This document shows, piece by piece, positions 24,633-36,879 of a stretch of 64,000 bases of DNA. The DNA comes from Octopus vulgaris (Eukaryota), in assembly GCA_951406725.2 (NCBI GenBank), contig OX597815.1, forward strand, positions 185,814,001 through 185,878,000, written 5' to 3'. The notes beneath the pieces were generated by a model. It had not been told where the DNA came from and did no database searches. It saw nothing but the letters and a program-made list of their open reading frames with translations. Both the position numbers and the translations under genes were made by a program. The first letter of the stretch is position 1. Every line of letters begins with the position of its first letter.

Positions 24633-25962
24633 AAATTTCCTCGGCTTTACTGTTTTGGATGTACATATATTTGCCCGTTTTATTAGTGATAAACTTTAAA
24701 AACCATACAATTGAATAAAGGCGAGAGAGAGAGAGGGGGGGAAGGGGGCGCAAGTGACAAAAGAGGAGGAGGAGGAGGAGCGAGGGATTTTCCTTAGGAG
24801 AGAAAATAGAAGTGAAAGAGTGTGCAGGGAAAGAAGAAAATTATATGTTGAACTGAAAAATTCTAACGTTTAGCGCAGTATGTATATTGTTCTATACATA
24901 TTTTTGCATAACCGAATGGAACCTGAAATATAAAATTTCTATGTAATTTTGATACGATTAATAGATGTAGTGTGAAATTTTTTCTCAAATGAAGACCGAA
25001 TGGAGAAAGTTGTTAAAAACAAAAAAAGATGCTGATAAGAGTGAGAAAGATCATAAGAATAGAGAAAGGCGGTAGGCAAAGGTGTAGGGGGGGAGTTACT
25101 AGGAAACCGTAGAAGAAAAAGTGTACAAAACTGTAAGGTGTATTAAAATGCATGTCACGGTGAATCCAATTGTATTGTTCAGCCTGTAGTTGAAATCCTC
25201 AGTAATGAAATTCGAAAACCACATTTTCATAAAAAAAATATAGTAAAATTTAAAATTATAGAAGTTTTGAAGACTGCGAAGACATTAATAAGTGCTTTCT
25301 TTTAGTAAAAGTTATATAATTCCAACGAAATAATAAGCAGCTTTCTCCATTATAGATGTTTTGAGTTCTGAAATTGGTGCACGCAAGTGAAGTTTAACTG
25401 AACAGTGCTGTTAGATTGTAGTTGCGTGATTATGGCTTTGACAAAGGCGTCGAGCTGGCAGAAACGTTAACACGCCGGGCGAAATGCTTTGCGGTATTTC
25501 GTCTGCCGTTACGTTCTGAGTTCAAATTCCGCCGAGGTTGACTTTGCCTTTTATCTTTTCGGGGTCGATTAAATAAATACCAGTTACGCACTGGAGTTGA
25601 TATAATCGACTTAATCTATTGTCTGTCCTTGTTTGTCCCCTCTGTGTGTAACCCCTTGTGGGCAGTAAAGAAATAGGTATTTCGTCTGCCGTTACGTTCT
25701 GAGTTCAAATTCCGCCGAGGTCGACTTTGCCTTTCATCCTTTCGGGGTCGATGTAATCGAATTAATGTCCTTGTTTGTCCCCTCTATGTTTAGCCCCATA
25801 CGGGCAATAAGGAAATAGGAATCATTAGCGCATCAAGCAACATGCTTAACGGCATTTTGTCCGTCTCTACGTTCGGGGTTCAAATTCTACTGAGGTCGAT
25901 TTTTGCCTTTCATCCCTTTCGGGAGCGATAAAATAAGAACCAGTTGAGCACTGGGATCAACG

Positions 25963-26059
25963 AGCGAAAGTAAAGAATACGTACACTCGGGGTTTAGGGT
26001 AAGGATTCGGGTTTTTGTTACGCCGAAAACAGGTGGTGGACGTATTCTTTACCTCCGCC
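25963..26059. mobile_element. Tiny MITE (Merlin-like) inserted in a family A SINE
   Basis: TIR (a/g)gcg.a.gtaaagaatacgt; 8-bp TSD gatcaacg/gatcaatg; second copy at 28318-28408. Confidence 0.75.
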
Positions 26060-26836
26060 GATCAATGTAGTAGACTTATCCCTTTGCCTGAAATAACTTA
26101 CCCTGTGTCAAAATTTGAAATTATTTCGGAAAAGGGTACGTGATTCTTTAACCGTTATTTTGTGCCGATAAAAAAGTTGTTAGGCATTTAATCATTACTT
26201 TCCGACATATTTTTTTTAATTTCGTGTCAAGTTAATCAGTAAATTCACCCCCCTTTAACACGGCAAGGAACTTTGAAGAGAATTTAGCTGCTTACATTAG
26301 CAGACTGAGCAGCTTTGTAAGTCGCTTCTATTGGCTTGAGTAAATATCTCTATTATGGTCAAAGTGTGTCAATCATACTAAATGATTTATGTGCTTCAAT
26401 GAGTACAGTGTTTGTAAATTCGGTGTAGAATGTAAGACCCTGTATGTTTTTAATGTTTTTCTACGGGCATTGTGTCGTTACTAGTACTAACAGAAAGACC
26501 GCCCTTCTGGCTGGTTTTCTGCTAATTGCTAAATTATATTTACACATTTGGTTCTCAATTTGAAAAAAAAAATATGTTATGTATATTTTTCCTTTATATC
26601 TTTTATGCGTTTAAAAATACTAACTCGCTTACTAAATTTAGAGTATAACTACAGAAAAGAGTCCCTCCGAAACTGCTTAGATTTTCGACTAATACTTTTC
26701 AGACAGTGTAGATTACGGTTATATAGGAATTTGTGGTAAAAAAAACTTTCTGGAAGAGACGTTCTGGATAATTCACACTTCTCGATTTTGTTTCCTCATA
26801 GCTTTTAGTAAAATGGATATTTGTGCATGAAATTTT

Positions 26837-27077
26837 GGTACTATTTAAGAAGAATGGACCCGGTGCGTGCACTCGCGCATCTGCGCTAGCTAGTCGTGAC
26901 TAGTCGATCCTACAACGACTACCAAGCAAAGTAAATAAAACACAAAATATTTTTTTACACAAAGTAAATAATTTTTCTAAACAAAGTAAATAAAATATAA
27001 AAGCACAAAGTAAGGATCGACTGGCTAGCGCGGATACGCGAGTGCGCGCACCGGGACCACTCTTCTTAAATAGTACC
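26837..27077. mobile_element. MITE/foldback with ~60-bp GC-rich inverted termini
   Basis: ggtactatttaagaagaatggacccggtgcgtgcactcgcg.. is mirrored by ..cgcgagtgcgcgcaccgggaccactcttcttaaatagtacc; internal caaagtaaataa repeats. Confidence 0.8.
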
Positions 27078-27376
27078 CACAGTCCGAATCTACCATTCGT
27101 TTTTCTTTATAATTTCCAAATAATTTTTTAAATACTTCAAAAATCAAAACTGAAAACGTTAAAAACAATCGCGCATGCGCGCAGCGTAAGAGGAAATCAT
27201 TTGACCAGCGCAGAACCATATGTATTTGTGTAAGAGAAAAATCATTGATTAACAGAACATTAGGCATTCCTTCGATATAGCTCGACAAGGTCGAGACATT
27301 TCACTTTAAAAAAAAAAGTTCTAGTTGAAGGAAAATTAATCATTATATAAAATATTTTAAGTAAATTTTTAACATA

Positions 27377-27755
27377 GGCGCAGGAGTGGCTGTGTGGTTC
27401 CGGGTTCAGTCCCACTGCGTGGCACCTTGGGCAAATGTCTTCTGCTATAGCCCCGGGCCGACCAATGCCTTGTGAGTGGATTTGGTAGACGGAAACTGAA
27501 AGAAGCCTGTCGTATATATGTATATATATATATGTATGTGTGTGTTTGTGTGTCTGTGTTTGTCCCCCTAGCATTGCTTGACAACCGATGCTGGTGTGTT
27601 TACGTCCCCGTCACTTAGCGGTTCGGCAAAAGAGACCGATAGAATAAGTACTGGGCTTACAAAGAATAAGTCCCGGGGTCGATTTGCTCGACTAAAGGCG
27701 GTGCTCCAGCATGGCCGCAGTCAAATGACTGAAACAAGTAAAAGAGTAAAGAGTA
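27377..27755 (+). mobile_element. Family B SINE (near full-length)
   Basis: ggcgcaggagtggctgtgtgg..gggttcagtcccactgcgtggcaccttgggcaa.., tail aaagagtaaagagt. Confidence 0.9.
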
Positions 27756-28039
27756 TAATGATCATTCGAACTCATATAACTTGTTTGTCTTGTAATTTTG
27801 ATCATAATAAAGATTTCTTTTTAAACTTGAAGAAAAAAAGCCTTGCATATTTGTTCTTACCTGTTTCATGTGTGTATGTAAAATCCGCAAATTTCCAAGC
27901 AGAAAACAGAATCGAACTGTCATTTGCTTCCACAGAAATACCCGGTGAAGTGCTTTTTGATTTTGTCGAGTTATATCGAAAGAATGCCGAAAATTATGTC
28001 AACAAAATAAATTATCTGTAACATACCTTTAAAATATTT

Positions 28040-28275
28040 TCGAATAAATTTCTGCTGTGTGTTTTATAAATGTCTTGTAGTTTTCCCAAGCATTTTCACA
28101 TTTCATGTCATCTGTAGATGGCCTCATCCATACGCGACCAGTGTATATCTCCATTAGAACCACATATGTTCTTAAGTCTCCGTTTGATTCGTGCCCAGCA
28201 TGATGATTACACGTTGTTCGCACACACACCAGACACAGGATCTACAAAATGAGACGTGTGGTTCACTGTTCCGCT
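28040..28275 (-). pseudogene. Merlin/IS1016 (ISXO2-like) transposase C-terminal relic
   Basis: TVNHTSHFVDPVSGVCANNV*SSCWARIKRRLKNICG..SRMDEAIYR matches the Merlin VNHSxxFVDPxTGxHTNxIESxW..K..E..R pattern. Confidence 0.75.
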
Positions 28276-28317
28276 GACCGGTAACAAAGTCACGGGAAAA
28301 CAAGTCAGAATTTTGGC

Positions 28318-28408
28318 GGCGAAAGTAAAGAATACGCACAACTGGTGTTTACGGTTAGGGTTTCTGTTACACCGAAAACGGGTGGTGTACGTATTCTTTA
28401 TCTCCGCC
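28318..28408. mobile_element. Tiny Merlin-like MITE, copy 2
   Basis: GG-terminal TIRs ggcgaaagtaaagaatacg / cgtattctttatctccgcc; 8-bp TSD attttggc/attttgcc. Confidence 0.75.
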
Positions 28409-30467
28409 ATTTTGCCTAGGAAAAAAGTCACAATTTATAGAATCCCGACAACTATCCCAGCTAGGACAAAACCCCTTTGACATTTTCACCTGCTACTTTT
28501 TTTTCTTTTTTTTTTACCTGGATTCACTGTTCCATGGGTATATAAAAGTCTGGAGAGATTGTTATAGCTGAGTCACAAAAACAATATCTTTGCAGTTTCC
28601 GAAGTAATTTCACTCTCGGTGAAGACATACCGAATGTAATATCGAAAAGTAGTAAAACTCCAAAACTTGCTCCCGAGGTGTTCAATCCAAATTTCAATTT
28701 GATTGCAAACTTGTCACTAGAGGTCACCCTTCCAATGACCAAATTATCTGAGATTGCGCAATTTGGTCATCTGCGCACTCTCAGAGTTTAAGATTTTTAT
28801 TTATTTATTTATTTATTGCGTAATAGTATTAATTCCTTTTTCTTTACTACCCACAAGGAGGTAAACACAGAGGGGACAAACAAGGACAGACGAACGGATT
28901 AAGTCGATTATATCGACCCCAGTGCGTAACTGGTCCTTAATTTATCGACCCCGAAAGGATGAAAGGCAAAGTCGACCTCGGCGGAATTTGAACTCAGAAC
29001 GTAACGGCAGACGAAATACCGCAAAGCATTTCGCTCGGCGTGTTAACGTTTCTGCCAGCTCGCCGCCTTATAACAGTATTAATTCCATTATGGAGAAGAC
29101 AGAATCGAAAAAAAAATTTGTAAAAATTCGCAAAAACAGAAAAAAAAGTTATGGGGGGTTCTTAGCACGTGCTTACGTCATAATTCCGCCGAACTCTCTT
29201 CGTCGCTGTTATCGGCAGACACATTCTTTCCTATCATTGCATTCACTTTTAATATTTTTATTGGGGGTAACTCTTCAGTGTTGCAAAATGACTCGTAACT
29301 AATTTTTAACAACGAAAAAATATTATCTTTTCACTGATTTTTCTAAATCTTTGTAGTATTCTTCTTGCTGTGATTGGACAGATATTTTGAACATTTCTGT
29401 ATTGGTTCATTTTGTTTTTCATTTTACGCTACATTTGAACATGTCTTTCTAATAAAAAATCCTATACTGTTCATTTTCGTTTTCGCATACCGTGATTTTG
29501 ATTAGACATATAGTACGTACAGTCTTTTTGTGAAGTGAATTAAAATAAATTTAGTCCTGATTTCTTTTATTAGGTACAAGGTCTCAAATAAATTTAGTTC
29601 TGGCTGTCGTGTATTGAACACTTAATCAATATATAACAAATGCTATATATCTGTCTAAATAATTAAAAACCGCCAGTCACATGGCATGTATGAGTTTTAT
29701 GTGGACTAGTCCGTTTTTTTTCTTATAAAAAAGGTGTGGGCAGAATTAACGACTTTTAAAAATTTAGTAATTGCTCTTTTTCTTGCATATACAACTCTTA
29801 CGAACGACTAATTCTTTTCTATTCTAAGTACAAGGCCCAAAATTTTGCGGGAGGGGGGCAGTCGATTAGATCGACCCCAATATGCAACTAGTACTTAATT
29901 TATCGACCTCGGAAGGATGAAACGCAAAGTTGACCTCGGCGGAATTTGAACTCAGTACGTAAAGACAGACGAAATACCTATTTCTTTACTATCCATAAAG
30001 GGGCTAAACACAGAGAGGACAAACAAGGACAGACAAACGGATTAAGTCGATTACATCGATCCCAGTGCGTAACTGGTACTTAATTTATCGACCCCGAAAG
30101 GATGAAAGGCAAAGTCGACCTCGGTGGAATTTGAACTCACAACGTAACGCAGACGAAATACCGCTAAGCATTTCGCCCGGCGTGCTAACGATTCCTCCAG
30201 CTCGCCACCTATGCGTGATATATCTTACATGATGCAGGTGTTTATGTTCGACATGACTCGAGGACGTTTTACATTATTATATTCTTGTGGTCAGCTTAAT
30301 TCTATTTCTGATCTCTTGTCAACCGGAGGCTTTCGATCTTTATTCTGCAAGCATAAATCTTCAGCAGACGTTATATTATGTGGCTAACACAGAAGTAATT
30401 TTCCTTGCTGTACAGATAGACGGAAACTGAAAGAAGTTCGTCGTGTATGAGTGAGTGCGTGTGTGTG

Positions 30468-30499
<32 letters not shown>

Positions 30500-30529
30500 C
30501 TTACTTGGAAAAGGATGCGTAGCGTTCGA

Positions 30530-30860
30530 TCATATAATAATAATATAAATAATATATAAATATATGCATATATACATACATATATGTACATACCTACATA
30601 TATACGTATATATACATGCATATAGGGGTACAGGACAAAAGAAACGTTGAACACAATGAGAATCGAAAACATAAAACCAAGAACATAGAAAACGAACATT
30701 TTTTCGAACAACAACAAAAAAACAAACAGAGAAACGAGACATGCAGCAAAAAGAATATTCCCCTTCTTCAGTTGTCCCTGTTTCATCTACTCCGCGTTTT
30801 CGAAGGCAAGGACAATACGCGACTTCGTTGAAACAGTCCTTCCCGCAAAACAAATTAAAT
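30530..30860 (-). mobile_element. Small non-coding repeat carrying the permuted hammerhead (copy A)
   Basis: Shares the structured region and the 'gtcctgtac..tatatgcatgtatatatac..tgtaggta.gtacatatatgtatg' tail with 60040-60470. Confidence 0.7.
30760..30836 (-). ncRNA. Candidate non-circularly permuted hammerhead ribozyme (copy A)
   Basis: Minus strand: CTGTTTCAAC-gaagt-CGCG-TA^-TTGTCC-ttg-CCTTC-GAAA-ACGCG-gagta-GATGAAACAG-GGACAA-CTGAAGA-A-GGGG. Confidence 0.7.
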
Positions 30861-31511
30861 ATATATGTGTGTGTGTGTGTTTGTCCTCCACCGCTTGACA
30901 ACCGGGGTCGACGTCCCCGTAAATTAGCGGTCCGGCAAAAGGGTTCGATAGCATAAGCACTAAGGCCATCGTTACAGGAAAGTTTTCTTTGTTTTCTTTG
31001 GTTTGTTGGGTATTAAAGTGAGTGTGATGCGAGAGCGATTTAGTTGCTTCTTCTTGCAGATCAACTACCGTATAAAACTTTCTTGTTATCTGGTTACCTT
31101 ATTTGTCTAGTTTAAGTATATGAACATAAGCGCAAGCGTGGCTGTGTGGTAAGGAATTTGCTTTCCAACTACATGGTTCCGAGTTCGATCCCACTGCGTC
31201 CCACATTGGACAATTTTCTTCTCCCCTCGACGAAGGCCTTGTGAGTGGATTTGATCGACGGAAACTGAAAGTAGTTCGTCGTGTGTGAGTATGTATATAT
31301 ATATATATATAAACAATTGTGACCGCGTGTGTATTGTTGGCGATTTTTTTTCCTCCGTCTTCCCTTCCTTGGATCTTCCCCTTTCCTATGTTTCTGACGA
31401 AACGTTAAATCCTCCTTCTTTCTTTCCTTTCCTGAGCGTCCAATAACACTATACTTGTTCCACGTCCTCTGCGTTGTTGTGCTTTCTCTTTGTTTTCATG
31501 TTTGGATTAAC

Positions 31512-31561
<50 letters not shown>

Positions 31562-31799
31562 GTGTCTTTGTGTTTGTCCTCCACCGCTTGACAACCAGGG
31601 TCGACATCCCCGTAAATTAGCGGTCCGGCAAAAGGGTTCGATAGGACAAGCACTGAGGTCGATTTGTTTCGGCTAAAATTCTTGAAGGCAGTGCTCCAGC
31701 ATGGCCGCAGTCATGGTACTTAATGGCTGAAAGAACTAAAAAAAAAAAAAAAGAAGTAGGAAGATGGATCTGAAGTAATGAATACGAGTAGTATTTTAA

Positions 31800-32000
31800 C
31801 ATGAAAGTGTAGTCGTGTTGGTTATTTGAAGTGTGAGAGATGATCGAGGGCGAGAAGCTTGTTGATTACAGTTCCGAAGCGGCATGATTGCAATAATGAT
31901 TTTTGTCTTCTGCAGTTTTTGTCTGCGAAAGCACCAGATGTGGGCTTCTGCATTGAAGTCACCTGTGATAATATAATTTTTCCTTCGAGGCATATAAAAT
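31800..32000 (-). mobile_element. LINE AP-endonuclease remnant
   Basis: YIITGDFNAEAHIW matches the GDFNAxxxxW motif; surrounding sequence is degenerate. Confidence 0.5.
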
Positions 32001-33416
32001 CAGTAACAACGTTTGTTTTGTCACGTTAGGTGTTTTGATGACTGCAGAAACGGTAATTGGCTGAGCTTTCTTAATTGGAGAGTAGGTGTTGCGCTTTCTT
32101 TGTTAGAGTTAAATAGTTTGAAAGAAGAGAGAATGAAGAATTAGAATAGCAAAACGTAGCAATTGTAGTTATAAGTATTTAAGTTGCTAGCAGCTACATT
32201 TGTTGTAGTAACAGCGACAATAGAAGGGGAGGCCGGGTCTAGTTGTTACACGGGTAAGTTGTTGCAAGCCCATCGTTTCCAACTTCAAGAAATATTATTA
32301 TTTTCTTTTTTACTATAGGCACAAGGCCTGAAATTTTAGGGGAAGGGATTAATTGAGTAAATCGACCGTAGTGTTTAACTGGTACTTATTTCATTGACCC
32401 CGAAAGGATTAAAGGCAAAGTCGACCTCGGCGAAATTTGAACTCAGAACGTAACGACAGACGGAATACCTATTTCTTTACTACCCACAAGGGGCTAACAC
32501 CCAGAGGGGACAAACAAGGACAGACAAACAGATTAAGTCGATTATATCGACCCCAGTGCGTAACTGGTACTTAATTTGTTGACCCCCGAAAGGATGAAAG
32601 GCAAAGTCAACCTCGGCGGAATTTGAACTCAGAACGTAGCTACGGGCGAAATACTGTTAAGTATTTTACCCGGCGTGCTAACGGTTCTGCCAGCTCGACG
32701 CCTTCAACTTTAAGAAATAGGTGGCACTCGAGTCTCTACCTCGTGAAGGCCAACTCCATAGCGTCATGACTGCACATGTGTATTGCACTGGTGGGCTGTC
32801 ACCAGGAAAGGTATGGCTCAAAAAACGATTTGTTTGCTCCAAAAGTGAAATTTTGCCACAAAGTTATTTCTTTAACCACTAAAGCACAAGCGGTGTTACT
32901 GAAGTAGTTTGTGGCTCATTAAAAAGTGTTGGAAGTTGCCTTCGATACATGAAGGTGTGTCCTGGTTGCCATGCATTGCTAGTGCCATGTTCGAGGTAAT
33001 CCCCAGAAATTCATGGTCGGGGCTAATTGTTACAGTGTATCAACTTACCCCAGGCATGTAACAACTTACATGTAACAACTTTCAATTTAACTAAAAAACA
33101 CTAACCCCTTCTATTTGGGGACGGTCATTTTGCCAGTAAACACACGCACTGTTCGACCTTCACTTCAGCTTTGTTACTATCAGTTATTGTTTATTTTGTC
33201 AAAGTCCTTTCATCACACATCTTGTGACCTCCTCAATGACTATTTGTTCTTCTCCCCTGTGTTTCCTTTTCCCTATTACCTTATTCTGTTTTTACTCCAT
33301 GTTGCCTTTCTGTGGTCAAACGACCAAACAAAAAACATCCTCGCGAGGTGAACCAGCAGATTTATAACCAAAGACATCTCCGGCCACGACTAACACAGAC
33401 TACATTTATTACTAAA

Positions 33417-33807
33417 CTAGCAGTATCGCCCGGCGTTGCTCGGGTTTGTTTCGACCCTTTAGAATTGGAATTTTTGAAAAGTAAAAGTTTTGCATTATGT
33501 AGCTTGTTATTCTCTTTAAGTGAACATTTTTCTGGTTGAAATACACCGAAAAATGGCGACACAGAAGTCCAAAAATCGTAAAAAATAGGGATTTTTATAG
33601 AGAAAAAGCACCTTTTTGATGTAAATAATTTTTGGTGTTAACATGGTCCGATTTGAATTTTTTTACTTTTACAGAAGGAAGAGCAAGCCTTCTATCATAC
33701 TCTCAATTTTGGTCAACTTGCGCCGCAGGGTCTCGGAGGAGATAGTGTTAGTTGAAGGCTACCAAACCTGCCATACACAGAGAACTTCAGCTTTATATAG
33801 AGAGAGA
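33417..33807 (-). mobile_element. Non-autonomous Helitron
   Basis: Minus strand runs TC..cccgagcaacgccgggcgatactgCTAG; same family as 2910-3305. Confidence 0.85.
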
Positions 33808-34823
33808 TTTGTCATTTTCTTTTTGAAGGGTAGGTGTGATTTATCGGAAATTTGGTTGCTATTTCTAGCAAGATGAGCTACGACATGGGGGGGCTTGATC
33901 ATCAACTCCTTATGATTTTTATTTACTCTATTGATGCATTCCACCACCACCAACAGCAACACCAGTAGCAGCAGGACCTCGTCAAGAGAGAAATCAGAAT
34001 TTTTTCCCCAAAAAATTCTCTCACAAAATCGACTTTTCTTTTACCTACCATTTGTTTTCCGGGTCAATAAAACACCCCCCACCCGGTATTGTACGTGAGT
34101 CAACTGAACCGACCATTCCACTTTTTATTTTTTTCCCCTCTCTCTCCACTTGAGCAATTTTATCTTGTGTCCAAGTCAAAAGAAATCGATATAGTTTAAA
34201 TTTCCGATTGAATGACTAGTTTAAAGACTTCATTACTACATCGTACTGCCAATTCTGACTGCAACGATCACCGCCACCACCACCACCGCCGCCGCCCATT
34301 GTAGTAGCCGTACGGTAGCAACACCAACGGGAGTAGTGAGCGAGTGAAGGAATATGACTGCTGACCCTGCTGCTACTGCTGCTGCTGCTGCTGTTTCGGA
34401 TTTTGCTGCACTTGCAACAACAACTGCTGCTGCTGTTGCTACTGCTGCTGCAGCCGTTACTGCTGTCTGTGTTGTAGCAGAATTTTAAGACTTGCAAGTT
34501 TCAATACTTTGTTCGGTTCCTCTCCTACCTTGTCGACGACTCTCTTTTTTACGCTTTTTTTTTTTTTACTCTCTTTTTACTTGCTTCAGTCATTTTTTTA
34601 AACAGCGGCCATACTGGAGCACCGACTTTTTAGTCGAGCAAATATACCCTTTCCCCACCTTTCCCCACCAGGACTTATTCTTTGTAAGCCTATTACTTAT
34701 TTCTATCAGTCTCTTTTTTACCGAACCGCTAAGTTACGGCGACGTAAACACACCAGCATCGGTTGTCAAGTGATGTTGGGGGGGGGGGGGGCAAACACAG
34801 ATACACAGATATATACACACACA

Positions 34824-34887
<64 letters not shown>

Positions 34888-34892
<5 letters not shown>

Positions 34893-35160
34893 ACTCCTGT
34901 CCCAACCTGGGAACTTGAAGACTGCTTTAATGCAAGAAAGTATACTAGTCCCTTAATATTTGATATTCAATATTTCATCTATTCAATAAGACAATCAATA
35001 CTTCATTTCATTTTACTATATATACGATACATTCTATATTCTACATTAATATTATATAAAAAATATAAATAAAACATAAAAACAGAGTTGGAATCCCTTT
35101 GAATAATATATATCCTTCTATACACAATCATACAAACCCCTTTTTATTTACTCATATATA
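34888..35160 (+). mobile_element. AT-rich repeat with a variant minimal hammerhead, nested in a family B SINE
   Basis: HHR at 34909-34952: GGGA(A/C)-CTTGAAGA-(C/T)TGC-TTTAAT-GCAA-GAAA-GTATAC-TA^-GTCCC; reverse copy at ~50210-50480. Confidence 0.65.
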
Positions 35161-36879
35161 TACATATATACGACGGGCTTCTTTCAGTTTCCGTCTACCA
35201 AATCCACTCACAAGGCTTCGGTCGGCCCGAGGCGATAGTAGAAGATACTTGCCGAAGGTGCCATGCAGTGGAACTGAACCCGGAACCATGTGGTTGGTAA
35301 GCAAGCTACTTAGCACATAGCCACTCCTGCGCACTTTTTCTATTTTTCGTTTCTTCACTTTCTGACAGGTACCTAACAGAACTACATTCCTACTATCTAC
35401 CGTCATCGTCACTAACAACGACAACATCAGTAAGAACAACACAACACTAACGCTATGAGAGTAACCAGCGCTACACTCAACACAACTACCATTCATTCCA
35501 GTTGCTAACATGTGTAAAGCGATATTTTTTCAAGTTCTCTAAGATCAAACCTTCATCACTAGCCCTATGATAGCAACATTTCCTTTCGGAAACAAAACAA
35601 TTATTATTATTAGCATCATCATCATCATGATTCTTATTATATGTAAGGTGGCGAGCTGGCAGAATCATTAGCACGCCGGGTGAAATGCTTAGTAGTATTT
35701 CGTCTGTCTTTACGTTCTGAGTTTAAGTTCCGCCGAGGTCGACTCTGTCTTTCATCCTTTCGGGGTCGATTAAATAAGTACCAGTTACGCACTGGAGTCG
35801 ATATAATCGACTTAATCCGTTTCTCTGTGTTTGTTTGTCCTCTCTGTGTTTAGCCCCTTGTGAGTAGTAAAGAAATAGGTATTTTGTCTGTCTTTATGTT
35901 CTGAGTTCAAATTCCGCCGAGGTCGCCTTTGCCTTTATTCCTTTCGGGGTCGATAAATTAAGTACCAGTTGCGTACTGGGGTCGGTCTAATCGACTGGCC
36001 CCCTTCTCAAAAATTTCAGGCCTTGTGCCTAGAGAAGAAAAGTTGTCTAGGTGGTGAGCTGGTAGAAGCGTAAGCACGCCGTGCGAAATACTTAGCGGTA
36101 TTTCGTCCGTCTTTACGTTCTGAGTTCAAATTCCACCGACGTTGCCTTTGCTTTTCATCCTTTCGGGGTCGACGAAATAAGTACTAGTTACGCACTTGGG
36201 TCAATATAATCGACTGGTCCCCTTCCCCTCAAAAAAAATTTTCAAGGCCTTCTGCCGAGAATAGAAATAATTATATTCTTTATTTCTGCAATCATCATCG
36301 TCATCGTCGTCGTCATGATCACTATTGCACATCATTTTGATTTAATACCATTATGGTATTTATTAGTTTGCTAAATACAGCACTCATAGTTGTTCATTTC
36401 TTTAACTTAAAATGTATCTATGAATTGTGTGTGTGCGTATAAAATTCACTTATGTATGCAATTCGTTATTTTCTCTCCTTGTTTCTTTCTCTGTTCCTTT
36501 CTGTGGAAGAGCGTAGGTTCAAACGTTAAAGACTTTTTCAATTCCCGAGTGTTATACTAATACATATGTTTGTTTTGTACACCACCTGTCTTCGTTTTTT
36601 TGCTTTTTTTTTTGATGAATTCTCCCTATATATCTGTGTATATTTACTTATGTGAGTATTCCTCTATCTATGCAAATTTACATATATATATTTATGTATG
36701 TATCTACGCATATTTACGCATAAATGTAAATATACATAAACAAATTAGGAGAGAAAAGCACCAGAGAAAGGAAACGTCCTTGTCCTACACCCACTGTTGT
36801 CCCGAAGAATTCTCCGGTGAGAACTGTACGCTTGAATTATTCCGATGAGGTTTGTGGTCGAAGTTGTAATTTTTCATCA

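Noticed and set aside
28524-28790. Region open on both strands with a possible minus-strand donor
   Set aside because: Neither peptide is recognisable and there is no consistent exon boundary pair.
28922-29302. Recurrent ORF 'MRNW..IYRPRKDERQSRPRRNLNSERNGRRNTA' suggesting a gene family
   Set aside because: It is the antisense translation of the family A SINE, repeated wherever the SINE occurs.
29160-29410. CACGTG, TTACGTCA and ATTGG motifs as a promoter
   Set aside because: Short motifs expected by chance; no linked transcript can be shown.
34354-34490. Ala/Thr-rich short ORF MTADPAATAAAA..
   Set aside because: Decayed (GCT)n repeat; no recognisable domain or splice context.
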